The position numbers and the translations under genes were made by a program. Source: Bacillota bacterium (GTDB lineage Bacteria; Bacillota; SHA-98; UBA4971). Taken from it: DNA of 64,000 nucleotides. Under the pieces are notes generated by a model. That model did not search any database and had not been told where the DNA came from. It saw only the letters and a program-made list of their open reading frames with translations. Of the stretch, positions 28,449 through 37,718 are shown piece after piece (positions within the stretch are counted from its first letter, which is position 1; each line of letters opens with the position of its first letter). The stretch is from positions 30,010-94,009 of the forward strand of contig JBLNDE010000009.1 of the NCBI GenBank assembly GCA_050261335.1, read 5' to 3'.

Positions 28449-30295
28449 GCGAGCGACACGATGAAAGCATCGTGGTGCTCGACGACGAGACCATCGACAA
28501 GATCGCTGCGGGCGAGGTGATCGAGCGTCCGGCGTCGGTCGTGAAGGAGCTTGTGGAGAACTCCCTCGACGCCGGGGCGTCCGGCATAACCGTGGAGCTT
28601 CACGGCGCGCCGGGCGACTTCATCAGGGTGAGCGACAACGGCTCCGGGATGAGCAGGCGCGACGCGAAGATGGCGTTCCGAAGGCACGCTACGAGCAAGA
28701 TCCGCACGGCCGCCGACCTCCACAGCGTCCTCACCATGGGGTTCAGAGGGGAAGCCCTTGCCAGCATTGCGGCGGTTGCCAAGGTTGAGCTCGTGACACG
28801 TCGCGCCGGGGACGTGGCGGGTACCCGCATCGTGCTGGAAGGGGGCGTAGCGGTGCTGGAAGAGGACGCGCCGTCACCCGTCGGCACCGCCGTGACGTGT
28901 CGAGACCTCTTCTTCAACACCCCTGCGAGGCGCAAGTTCCAGAGGCGCCCGGCAACGGAGTTCGACCACGTCCGCGACGTCGTGGCAAGGCTGGCCATGG
29001 CATGGCCGGATGTGAGGTTCCGGCTCGTCCGGGGCGGGCGGGATGTGCTCCCGGCCCAGGGAACACACGGTGGGGACAGGCGCGCGGCCATCGCCTCCAT
29101 CTACGGCGCGGACCTCGCGAAGACCCTGCTTCCCGTCGTGGCGGGCACGCCGCGAACGAGTATCGAGGGGTTCATATCGCCGCCCGACGTGACGAGGGCC
29201 AGCCGCGACACCCAGTGCGTCTTCGTGAACGGAAGGCCCGTGGCGGCACCCGCGGTCGTGCGGGTCATCGAGAACGCGTACGGCAGGAGGCTTCCGCCTG
29301 GAAGGTATCCCGCTGTGTTCCTGTGGATCTCGACTGACCCGGTGTCGATCGATGTGAACGTCCACCCGGCGAAGAGGGAGGTGAGGTTCTCAGGCGGACA
29401 CGACGTGTTCCAGCTTGCCGCTCAGGCGGCGGCCTCCGCCCTGCGCTCCGTTGGAGCGGCACCGGACCTCGCACGGAAGCTTGCTTATCCCGCGGGGGCG
29501 GGCGCCAGGCGCGCAGGGGCTGCCCGCGACGGCATGGGGGCATACGAGACCGGACCAGCCACGGGACCGCCGTTCACCGGTGCAGGCACGCCAGAGAACC
29601 TCGACAGCGTCGGTTCGCGCTCACCGCACGCGCAGGCACTCCGCCTCTCGTGCGCAGGCGGCCCGGCGCGCGAGCAGACCCGAGTTCACGACCAGGTCCA
29701 CGCTGGTTTCGCCCCTTTGGGCGTGTTCATGGGCACTTACATCCTCGCCGCCGACGGCGATGATCTCGTGATAATCGACCAGCATGCTGCGCATGAACGC
29801 ATCCTGTACGAGGCGGTGCTCGCCGGGCTCTCGACCGGCACCGCGCCCAGGGTGCAGTCACTCATTCCGACGACCATCGAGCTCGCGCCGCGGGCCGCGT
29901 CGCGCGTCCCGGCGGTCCTCGACGAGCTGGCGCGGATCGGGTTTGTGCTGGAGCCGTTCGGGCCGTCGGCGCTGCTGCTCAGAGGGGTCCCGGCCGCCCT
30001 CGGCGTCTTGCGCGGCACCGGCGACCTGGCCGGGGTCGTCCAGGGAGCGCTCGAGGCATGTTGTGATGACGCGGACGGCGGTGGACGTGATCCCGGGGAG
30101 GCGCTCGGGCGCGTCGCGGCCGAGGTCGCGTGCAGGGCGGCGGTGAAGGCCCACCGCGTTCTGGAGCCGCCGGAGATCGAGAGGCTCCTCGCGGACCTTG
30201 CGCGAGCAAGCGACCCATACTCCTGTCCGCATGGTCGGCCCACCGTGCTCAGGATCAGCCGCGCGGAACTCGAACGAGCCTTCCGAAGGACCTGA
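28445..30295 (+). CDS. mutL: DNA mismatch repair protein MutL
   Basis: GHKL ATPase N-terminus (IAAGEVIERPASVVKELVENSLDAGAS); ATG overlaps mutS stop. Confidence 0.9.
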   Translation: MSERHDESIVVLDDETIDKIAAGEVIERPASVVKELVENSLDAGASGITVELHGAPGDFIRVSDNGSGMSRRDAKMAFRRHATSKIRTAADLHSVLTMGFRGEALASIAAVAKVELVTRRAGDVAGTRIVLEGGVAVLEEDAPSPVGTAVTCRDLFFNTPARRKFQRRPATEFDHVRDVVARLAMAWPDVRFRLVRGGRDVLPAQGTHGGDRRAAIASIYGADLAKTLLPVVAGTPRTSIEGFISPPDVTRASRDTQCVFVNGRPVAAPAVVRVIENAYGRRLPPGRYPAVFLWISTDPVSIDVNVHPAKREVRFSGGHDVFQLAAQAAASALRSVGAAPDLARKLAYPAGAGARRAGAARDGMGAYETGPATGPPFTGAGTPENLDSVGSRSPHAQALRLSCAGGPAREQTRVHDQVHAGFAPLGVFMGTYILAADGDDLVIIDQHAAHERILYEAVLAGLSTGTAPRVQSLIPTTIELAPRAASRVPAVLDELARIGFVLEPFGPSALLLRGVPAALGVLRGTGDLAGVVQGALEACCDDADGGGRDPGEALGRVAAEVACRAAVKAHRVLEPPEIERLLADLARASDPYSCPHGRPTVLRISRAELERAFRRT

Positions 30296-30407
30296 CGCCA
30301 GCTCGAGGGTACGTTCGGACAGGCAGGCCCGGAACCCGGGATGCGCTGGTAGACTGGTCGAGACCTGCGGACCTGCGCCTACAGTCTCAAGCGAGAAGGA
30401 GTGGAAC

Positions 30408-31394
30408 ATGACGGGATCCTCGAGAGCACGTTCTGATAGACCTCCGATTCCGGACATCCTCGTGGCCATCGTCGGGCCCACGGCGGTCGGCAAGACCGAC
30501 GTGTCCCTCGAAGTTGCCTGCCGGCTGGGCGCCGAGATCGTCTCGTGCGACTCCATGCAGGTATACCGCTACATGGACATCGGCACGGCGAAGCCCAGTC
30601 CTTCTGAGCGCCTGCGAGTGCCCCACCATCTCATCGATGTGGTCGACCCTGACGAGACGTTCAACGTTGCCCGGTTCCAGGAACTTGCGCAGGCGGCTAT
30701 CGACGACATCAGCGCTCGCGGGCGTGTTCCCCTTCTCGTCGGAGGAACCGGCCTCTACGTGCGGGCCATCATCGACGGCTTCCTGTTCCCCTGGGAGGGC
30801 GCGTCGCCGGAGATCCGCCGGAAGCTAGAGGAGGAGGCCGACGCACATGGCGCCCCCGCGCTCCACGCGAGGCTCGAGGAGGCGGACCCGGCGGCGGCGC
30901 GGAGGATTCATCCCAACGACGCCCGTCGCATCATCCGCGCGCTCGAGGTGCATGAGACGACCGGCCGGCCAATCTCCGAGATGTGGCGCAGGGGCGGGGG
31001 CCGGAAGATGCGTGTGGACAGGCTGGTCATAATCGGGCTGGTGCGTGACAGGGCAGCCATTTATGAACGCATAGACCGGCGATGCGACGCCATGATCGAA
31101 CAGGGCCTCGTCGATGAGACGCGCGGCCTTCTCGAACGCGGATACGAGAGAGCGCTCACGGCAGGGCAGGCCCTGGGGTACAAGGAGATCGTGGAACACC
31201 TCCGGGGCAGGTGTGCGCTTGCAGACGCCGTCGAGGCCATCAAACGGAACACCAGGCGCTACGCCAAGCGGCAGCTCACCTGGTTCCGCGCCGACCCGCG
31301 TATCGAGTGGATCGACCTGGGGACGCCTTCGGCCGTGAGCGAGGCCGCTACCTGTGTGCTGGCGCTCATCAGAGGAAAACTCGCCGCGATGTAG
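30408..31394 (+). CDS. miaA: tRNA dimethylallyltransferase MiaA
   Basis: P-loop IVGPTAVGKT; GAAGGAG RBS. Confidence 0.9.
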   Translation: MTGSSRARSDRPPIPDILVAIVGPTAVGKTDVSLEVACRLGAEIVSCDSMQVYRYMDIGTAKPSPSERLRVPHHLIDVVDPDETFNVARFQELAQAAIDDISARGRVPLLVGGTGLYVRAIIDGFLFPWEGASPEIRRKLEEEADAHGAPALHARLEEADPAAARRIHPNDARRIIRALEVHETTGRPISEMWRRGGGRKMRVDRLVIIGLVRDRAAIYERIDRRCDAMIEQGLVDETRGLLERGYERALTAGQALGYKEIVEHLRGRCALADAVEAIKRNTRRYAKRQLTWFRADPRIEWIDLGTPSAVSEAATCVLALIRGKLAAM

Positions 31395-31457
31395 AACGTT
31401 ACATCGTGCGCGATCGCCGGGGGAATGCATGTCGCAATGGGGAGGACGAACGACGAG

Positions 31458-31709
31458 ATGAGCAAGCCTTCACCGAACCTTCAGGACATGTTCCTCAATG
31501 CCGTCAGGCGACAGGAGATCCCGGTCACCATATACCTCGTCAACGGCTACCAGATGAAGGGCCTCGTGAAAGGCTTCGACAGCTTCACCGTCATCCTCTC
31601 CGATGGCGCGCGGCAAGATCTCATTTACAAGCACGCCATCTCCACCATCACCCCCGCCCGCGCGATCCCACTCCTTTCCCACGCCGACCATGAAGATAGT
31701 CCCGTCTAG
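31458..31709 (+). CDS. hfq: RNA chaperone Hfq
   Basis: Sm motif ([23 protein letters not shown]). Confidence 0.9.
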   Translation: MSKPSPNLQDMFLNAVRRQEIPVTIYLVNGYQMKGLVKGFDSFTVILSDGARQDLIYKHAISTITPARAIPLLSHADHEDSPV

Positions 31710-31831
31710 TCCCGCTTGATGGTCCCCGCGCCGCGCTCCTCGGTCTGGCAGCGTGTAGCGTGCTCCGTCGGAATGACAGGTGTTCAACCGGCCGAGACGA
31801 CGATGGGTCCACGCGTTGCCGCGCCGGTGCC

Positions 31832-32209
31832 CTACAGTTCAAAGAGGCGCATGATGCCGGCCCGGATCCGGTTGAGCGTGTCTTGCCGAAGGGTTCCGAG
31901 ATACCCCTCGGTGTGACGGACGTCGATGCTGCGCAGCTGGTCAAGGAGCGCGACCGAACCGCGAGGTAAGCCTCCCTCTCCGGGGCTGAGGCTCGGATAC
32001 AGGGTCGGGTTCTCGCACGCCCATCGGCCAGCTTGCGTGGTAAGAGGGATAACGATGAGGGTTGGGTAGCGCAACGTGTCGGAGGGACACCCCACCACGA
32101 TCACCGGTCTCTTGCCTTCCTGTTCATGTCCCTTCGGAGTATCGAAGGGGAGAGCCATAAGAAGCACGTCGCCTGCGCCGACCGTTCGCTCACCGACCAT
32201 GACCCTCAT
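31832..32209 (-). CDS. Type II toxin, PemK/MazF family endoribonuclease
   Basis: ~125 aa with GDVLLMALPF...RPVIVV core; ORF extends to 32392. Confidence 0.7.
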   Translation of the reverse strand: MRVMVGERTVGAGDVLLMALPFDTPKGHEQEGKRPVIVVGCPSDTLRYPTLIVIPLTTQAGRWACENPTLYPSLSPGEGGLPRGSVALLDQLRSIDVRHTEGYLGTLRQDTLNRIRAGIMRLFEL

Positions 32210-32639
32210 CTCCTTCGATGACAAGGCCCCTACCCGGCACGTAGCGCACGGGTCTCGTCTTCGGAGGACCGCCAGGGCCCCAGTCGTATGGGGGAAGCGG
32301 GGCTTCGATCCTTGCTTCCAGCCACTGTCTGTCTTCTTCGGAAGGCTCCGTGGAACGCGGCTCCTCCGAAGCGTTCTCACGGTTACTGTCATCCAGATAC
32401 TTTCTCAGGGCCGTCTCGCGCACTGCGACAGGGGGCTGCGCGTCCTCCCGAGCGTCAAACCTGACAGCTCCGAACGCGTTTCGGGCGACGAAGTCCGCAA
32501 GGTCACTCTCCCGGATACGCCAGAGTTTGCCGGTCTTGACGCCTTTCAGCCTTCCCTGCCTCAGCCAGTCCCGAACGGTCTTCGGACTCACTACCATCCT
32601 CTGGGCGGCCTCCTCAGGGGTGAGCAGCCTCTCGAACAC
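32190..32639 (-). CDS. HTH (excisionase/MerR-like) DNA-binding protein, putative antitoxin
   Basis: N-terminal LTPEEAAQRMVVSPKTVRDWLRQGRL; GTG start with GGAGGGG RBS; overlaps toxin by ~20 nt. Confidence 0.6.
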   Translation of the reverse strand: MFERLLTPEEAAQRMVVSPKTVRDWLRQGRLKGVKTGKLWRIRESDLADFVARNAFGAVRFDAREDAQPPVAVRETALRKYLDDSNRENASEEPRSTEPSEEDRQWLEARIEAPLPPYDWGPGGPPKTRPVRYVPGRGLVIEGDEGHGR

Positions 32640-32740
32640 GTCGACCCCTCCATAACAGGGCTGTAGCCCCCAGCACCCCTCGCGGCCCCTGCGGGCCTGA
32701 CAGCCCTGTGGGGCGCTCCTGGGTCAGCCGTGCGGACTCA

Positions 32741-32815
32741 ACTATACGCTATCACCTGTTGCCGTCGCTATCAATACCGCATAGTACTGTATCATACTTT
32801 ACGGTATACGCTCTG
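32741..32815 (-). promoter_or_regulatory. AT-rich palindrome-containing putative promoter/operator of the toxin-antitoxin operon
   Basis: Only AT-rich block in the neighbourhood; AGTACT/GTATAC palindromes and GCTATCA direct repeats upstream of the antitoxin start. Confidence 0.35.
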
Positions 32816-33065
32816 ACACCATGCTCGGGGCACTGGTTGGCACGTGTGACGTGCGGGGAAGGGAAGACACTCCCACGACGTACCCACCTTCGCCTCGGCC
32901 CTTCCACCTCCTGGCTGGGAGAGGCCTCGAGCCCGCGCACATGCCCATTCTCTCCTGCATACCATATACGGTCAAGCGCTGTACCTGTGTCCGGTCCGCC
33001 CGGTTCTGCGGAGTCCCTCGTGGCACAGTCCGCGAGATGCGGTCTACGAGAGGTGGTGCAAAGTC

Positions 33066-34049
33066 ATGCTTGCCTTCGAGCCCAGAGACCCGAACCTGGT
33101 CCTTGCCGGCCTGGAGGAAGGGAGGCTGTCGCCTGTCGAGGCCCTCGAGGTTCTGAAGCACTCGGTAGAGCTCGGGCAGGCGGGGACGGCCGGAGGGCAG
33201 CGCTTCGAAGAGCCATCGTCTTCCAGCGCCTGGCGCCTGAAGGAAGCCCTCGCCGATCTCGATAGCCTCATCGGCCTCGACAAGGTGAAGGCCCTGGTGC
33301 GCGAGATCGTGGCTTACGTGAAGATCCAGCAGATCAGGGCGGCACGCCAGCTCACGTGCGAGCCCCTTGCCCTGCACATGATATTCAGCGGCAATCCCGG
33401 GACGGGCAAGACTACCTGTGCGCGCCTCTTCGGCAAGATATTCCGCGAGATGGGCGTGCTGGAGAAGGGGCATCTCGTCGAGCGGGAGCGGGCTGATCTG
33501 GTGGGCGAGTACATCGGCCATACGGCGCAGAAGACCCGCGAACAGATTAAGAAGGCCCTCGGCGGAATACTCTTTATCGACGAGGCATACTCGCTGGCAC
33601 GCGGTGGGGAGAAGGACTTCGGCAAGGAATCAATCGATACGCTCATAAGGGCGCTGGAGGACTATCGCGACAAGTTCATCGTGATACTGGCGGGCTATCG
33701 GGACGAGATGGAGACGTTCATCCACACAAACCCCGGCATCAGGTCACGGTTCCCCATCCACATCGAGTTTCCGGACTATACCACCGACGAGCTCCTGCGC
33801 ATCGCAGACCTCATGTTGAAGCAGCGGGATTACCGCCTCGACCTCGCAGCCCGCGCAAGGCTGGAGTTCATTCTGACGCGGAGGGCCGGTCCGGGCAACG
33901 ACCACTCCGGAAACGCCCGGCTCGTGCGCAACATCATCGAGCGGGCCATCAGGCGCCAGGCGCTGCGCCTGGTGGAGAAGCCGAACCTCTCCCGGGAGGA
34001 ACTCATGCTCATCCGGAGGGAAGACATCACCGACGACTTCTCCGCATAG
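33066..34049 (+). CDS. spoVK: Stage V sporulation protein K (AAA+ ATPase)
   Basis: SpoVK-type AAA+ (GNPGTGKTT; ILFIDEAYSL). Confidence 0.85.
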   Translation: MLAFEPRDPNLVLAGLEEGRLSPVEALEVLKHSVELGQAGTAGGQRFEEPSSSSAWRLKEALADLDSLIGLDKVKALVREIVAYVKIQQIRAARQLTCEPLALHMIFSGNPGTGKTTCARLFGKIFREMGVLEKGHLVERERADLVGEYIGHTAQKTREQIKKALGGILFIDEAYSLARGGEKDFGKESIDTLIRALEDYRDKFIVILAGYRDEMETFIHTNPGIRSRFPIHIEFPDYTTDELLRIADLMLKQRDYRLDLAARARLEFILTRRAGPGNDHSGNARLVRNIIERAIRRQALRLVEKPNLSREELMLIRREDITDDFSA

Positions 34050-34056
34050 GAGGCGC

Positions 34057-34704
34057 ATGGTGAGGGATCGGCAGCCTGGAGGGCGTCTTGCAGGAATGAA
34101 GCGTTGCATGGTCGTGGGCAGGCCCAACGTGGGCAAAACCCTTCTCGTCCTGAGCCTCGCCGAGCACCTCAAGGCCAGGACCGTGGATGTGACGTTCACG
34201 GATCCATCAGGGGCCAGGCAGGTAAGGACTTACACCGTCAACGCGGCGATCAGGGAGCTGGTCGGCCCACGCCCCCACCACACCAGGTGCCTTCAGTCGA
34301 TCGTGGTGGAGGTCCCGGCCGGAAAGGGCCGCAAAGTGGTGGAGATCGTGGACAGCACCGGCCTGGTCGACTACATCCACGAGGACCCCCAGGTCCGCAA
34401 GGCGATGGCCCAGACGCTTCAGGCCATCCGCCACGCCCAGGTCATCCTCCACGTGGTGGACGCGTCTACCGCAGGACTCGATGGCTCCGGCCCTCTCGCC
34501 GGCGCCGTCGATCGCCAGATCGCGGACTTTGCCGGGTCGAGAGGGGGCTACTTCATCGTGGCGAACAAGATGGACCTTCCTGATGCTGCGCGCGGCCTTA
34601 CCAGGCTCCGGAGGATGTTCTCGGGCTGCGCGGTGTTGCCCGTCTCCGCGGCCGAAAGGACCGGTCTTCGGGAGGTGAAGCGGCATGTTCTCCGCAGTCT
34701 CTAG
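34057..34704 (+). CDS. Small GTPase: HflX-like G-domain only, N-terminal HflX domain absent
   Basis: G1 GRPNVGKT, G3 DSTG, G4 NKMD; DSTGLVDYIHEDPQVRKAMAQTLQAIRHAQVILHVVDAS resembles HflX; occupies the hflX (ynbA) position. Confidence 0.6.
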   Translation: MVRDRQPGGRLAGMKRCMVVGRPNVGKTLLVLSLAEHLKARTVDVTFTDPSGARQVRTYTVNAAIRELVGPRPHHTRCLQSIVVEVPAGKGRKVVEIVDSTGLVDYIHEDPQVRKAMAQTLQAIRHAQVILHVVDASTAGLDGSGPLAGAVDRQIADFAGSRGGYFIVANKMDLPDAARGLTRLRRMFSGCAVLPVSAAERTGLREVKRHVLRSL

Positions 34705-35290
34705 GTTCCTTGCCGACCTCCTCGCCGTCGCCCTCGCAGGCGCGGTGGTCAAGCTGATGGATGATTACCTCGACTACGAGGCCGATACCGCCCAGGGCCG
34801 GTCGTCGCTCGTGCACGTCCTGGGCAGAGGCGCTGTGCTCTACGCCCTGGTCCTCGCCCTCATAGCCTCAGGGATCAACGCACGCCTCGCATCTCCGCTC
34901 GTCCTCGCAGCGTACGTGGTGGGGATGCTGAAGGACCCCCGCGAAATGCTGTCTCTCGGGTTTTCGGCGTGGATGGAATCGGCGATGGTGGCCGTCGTGA
35001 CGTGGCTGCTCTTCGGGTGGCGCGCCACGTGCGTCTCGGTGCTGCTGATGGCCGCAGTGCAGCTCGGCGACGATCTGCAGGATCTCGCATTCGACCGCGC
35101 CACCGGCGGCGCCAACCTCGCACGCCGCCTCGGCAAGGGCGAGGCGCTCCTCCTGTGTTTCATAGCGCTCCTCGCAGCGCTCATCGTGGACCGGCGCACG
35201 ACTCTTCTCGTATGCATGTGCGCTCCCGTCATCGAGTTGGCCAGCCGCCTTGCGGGAGACAGTGAGGGAGGGGAGACCCATGTCGGTTGA
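34685..35290 (+). CDS. Small membrane protein with UbiA-type Asp-rich motifs (mini prenyltransferase-like)
   Basis: LMDDYLDYEAD and GDDLQDLAFD motifs in ~5 TM, 201 aa; translationally coupled to the GTPase. Confidence 0.4.
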   Translation: MFSAVSRFLADLLAVALAGAVVKLMDDYLDYEADTAQGRSSLVHVLGRGAVLYALVLALIASGINARLASPLVLAAYVVGMLKDPREMLSLGFSAWMESAMVAVVTWLLFGWRATCVSVLLMAAVQLGDDLQDLAFDRATGGANLARRLGKGEALLLCFIALLAALIVDRRTTLLVCMCAPVIELASRLAGDSEGGETHVG

Positions 35291-35534
35291 CGGCTGGATT
35301 CTGCTCCTAGCAGTGGCCTTCCTCCTCGGATACATCGTCGGTCACAGGCATGGCAAGGTGGAAGGGTTCAGGGACGGCGCCGTGTTCGCTCCCATCGAGA
35401 TGCGCCGCGCATCCCTCGAGCGGGGAAGATGCACCATATGTGGGACGGGAACCAAGAAGACGCGGGACCTCGATGACGAATCGAGGAGTAACGACACTGA
35501 CCCAGGCAGGAGATCTCCTCCGGAACGCGAATAA
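35280..35534 (+). CDS. Small membrane protein, hypothetical
   Basis: GAGGGAGGGGAG RBS; one TM helix; overlaps preceding gene. Confidence 0.35.
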   Translation: MSVDGWILLLAVAFLLGYIVGHRHGKVEGFRDGAVFAPIEMRRASLERGRCTICGTGTKKTRDLDDESRSNDTDPGRRSPPERE

Positions 35535-35646
35535 CACGCGAGTAACATGCGGGCGGGCGGTAAAGCGGGCAGGCAGGCGGTCGGTTGAAAGGCCGGCCGG
35601 GTCCTCCGCGGGCAGCCCGACGACGCACGAAGGGGACGAGCATGTG

Positions 35647-36543
35647 ATGGCAAGAGCCGCCCGAAGAGCGCGGACTACTTTCGTGAAGATGCACGGTCTC
35701 GGAAACGACTTCATTCTCTTTGACTTCGCACGACAAGACCAGGTCCCCGACGACGAGGGGGCACAATGGGGGAGCGCGGCGCGCAGGCTTTGTGACAGGC
35801 ATACGGGCGTCGGGGCCGACGGCGTCGTGCTGATCCTGCCGTCCGCTTCGGCTGACATCCGCATGCGCATCTTCAACAGTGACGGGAGCGAGGCCGGGAT
35901 GTGCGGGAACGCCTCCCGTTGCGTGGCCCTGTACGCACGCGACGCAGGCCTTGTAGCAGCGGACGCCATGTCCATAGAGGCGAAGGGAGCGCGCGTCCGC
36001 GCGGAGATAATCGCCGATGGCGAGTTTGCAGGCGAGGTGCGGGTGGACATGGGCCCGCCCAGCTTTCGTCCGGAGGACATCCCCGTAGGGTCTGGTGACG
36101 GTGCCGCTGTCATCGGCGAAAGGCGCGCCCTGGCGGCCGGCGAGTTCGAGATCACGTGCGTGTCCATGGGGAATCCCCACTGCGTGATATTCGTGCCGGA
36201 CGTTGCAGCGGTGGACCTCGAGCGCATCGGCCCGGCCATCGAGCACGACCCCATCTTCCCCGACAGGACTAACGTGGAGTTCGTCCAGGTGAACGGCACA
36301 GGTGACCTCACGGTGCGGGTGTGGGAGAGGGGGGCAGGGCCCACGCTCGCCTGCGGGACTGGTGCATGCGCGTCGCTCGTGGCTGCCGCCGAGCGCGCCC
36401 TCACCAGCAGGTCCGCGAGGGTGCACCTCCCTGGCGGGACGCTTTTCATAGAGTGGAGCCGGCACGGTCGCGTGTTCATGACCGGCCCCGCAACGCGCGT
36501 ATTCACGGGAATCATCGATGACATCGAGGAGTGGTTGAGGTGA
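35647..36543 (+). CDS. dapF: Diaminopimelate epimerase
   Basis: [12 protein letters not shown]-terminus and catalytic Cys motifs; ORF extends to 35350. Confidence 0.9.
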   Translation: MARAARRARTTFVKMHGLGNDFILFDFARQDQVPDDEGAQWGSAARRLCDRHTGVGADGVVLILPSASADIRMRIFNSDGSEAGMCGNASRCVALYARDAGLVAADAMSIEAKGARVRAEIIADGEFAGEVRVDMGPPSFRPEDIPVGSGDGAAVIGERRALAAGEFEITCVSMGNPHCVIFVPDVAAVDLERIGPAIEHDPIFPDRTNVEFVQVNGTGDLTVRVWERGAGPTLACGTGACASLVAAAERALTSRSARVHLPGGTLFIEWSRHGRVFMTGPATRVFTGIIDDIEEWLR

Positions 36544-37718
36544 GAGTCCAGCAAGCACGAAGGATCACGAATCTACCACCATACCTTTTCGCCGAGGTCG
36601 ACCGGCAGATCGCCCAGGCCCGCAAGCGGGGCGTGGACGTTATCAGCCTCGGCATCGGCGACCCGGATTTCCCCACACCTGCGCCAGTGGTAGCGCGGCT
36701 CAAGGAGGCTGCCGAAGACCCGGCGAACCATCGTTACCCAAGCTATGAGGGGTTGCGCGAGTACCGCGCCGCTGTGGCCGCCTGGTATGAGCGGCGGTTC
36801 GGTGTGCGACTCGACCCCGAGACCGAAGTGGTGTCGCTCATCGGCTCCAAGGAAGGCCTCGCCCACATCCCGTGGTGCTTCATCGATCCGGGAGACCTCG
36901 CGCTCGTGCCGGACCCCGGGTACCCGGTTTACTCTACGGCCGTGCTGCTTGCAGGAGGCGACCCCTTCCTGATGCGACTTCACCCGGAGACGGGATGGCT
37001 GCCGGACCTCGACGCGATCCCCGGGGACGTCAGGTCCGCGGCGAAACTCATGTTCATCAACTATCCGAACAACCCGACCGCCGCCACCGTGGACGGGCTC
37101 GGGTTCTTCGAGTCGGTAGTGGAGTTTGCGCGGAAGAACTCCATCATCGTATGCCACGACGCCGCGTACAGCGAGATCACATTTGACGGCTACGCTGCGC
37201 CTAGCTTCCTCCAGGTGCCCGGGGCCAAGGAGGTGGGAATCGAATTCCACTCGCTGTCGAAGACCTACAACATGACCGGCTGGCGTATCGGATGGGCCGC
37301 CGGGTGCCACGAGGTCGTGGAGGCGCTCGGGAGGCTCAAGACAAACCTCGACTCAGGCATCTTCCAGGCCGTCCAGTATGCTGCGATAACCGCGCTCGAG
37401 ACCCCGCCCGAGCACTTCGCCCAGGTGTTGCCAGCATACGCGAGACGCCGCAGGAAGGTGGCCGCCGCGCTGAACAGCCTCGGATGGAGCCTCGAACCCC
37501 CGAAGGGGACCTTCTACGTTTGGGCGCCGGTCCCGGAGGGATATTCATCGATAGAGTTCTCGCGATACGTCCTTGATAAGGCTGGTGTGTTCGTCACGCC
37601 GGGGATCGGCTACGGGCCCGGCGGCGAGGGCTATTTCAGGATATCCGTCACCATCGACGACGCCAGACTTGAAGAGGCGCTCTCGCGCCTCGAAGCGGCG
37701 GGAGTAAGGTTCTCATGA
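36531..37718 (+). CDS. dapL: LL-diaminopimelate aminotransferase (likely GTG start at 36540)
   Basis: Class I/II PLP aminotransferase with [11 protein letters not shown]-terminus typical of DapL. Confidence 0.8.
   Translation: MVEVRVQQARRITNLPPYLFAEVDRQIAQARKRGVDVISLGIGDPDFPTPAPVVARLKEAAEDPANHRYPSYEGLREYRAAVAAWYERRFGVRLDPETEVVSLIGSKEGLAHIPWCFIDPGDLALVPDPGYPVYSTAVLLAGGDPFLMRLHPETGWLPDLDAIPGDVRSAAKLMFINYPNNPTAATVDGLGFFESVVEFARKNSIIVCHDAAYSEITFDGYAAPSFLQVPGAKEVGIEFHSLSKTYNMTGWRIGWAAGCHEVVEALGRLKTNLDSGIFQAVQYAAITALETPPEHFAQVLPAYARRRRKVAAALNSLGWSLEPPKGTFYVWAPVPEGYSSIEFSRYVLDKAGVFVTPGIGYGPGGEGYFRISVTIDDARLEEALSRLEAAGVRFS

Noticed and set aside
32708-33521. ORFs 32708-33265 (+) and 32799-33521 (-) in the gap between the antitoxin and spoVK
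   Set aside because: They overlap the AT-rich operator block and the spoVK 5' end. There are no RBS or domain signals. The interval is better explained as promoter/operator DNA.
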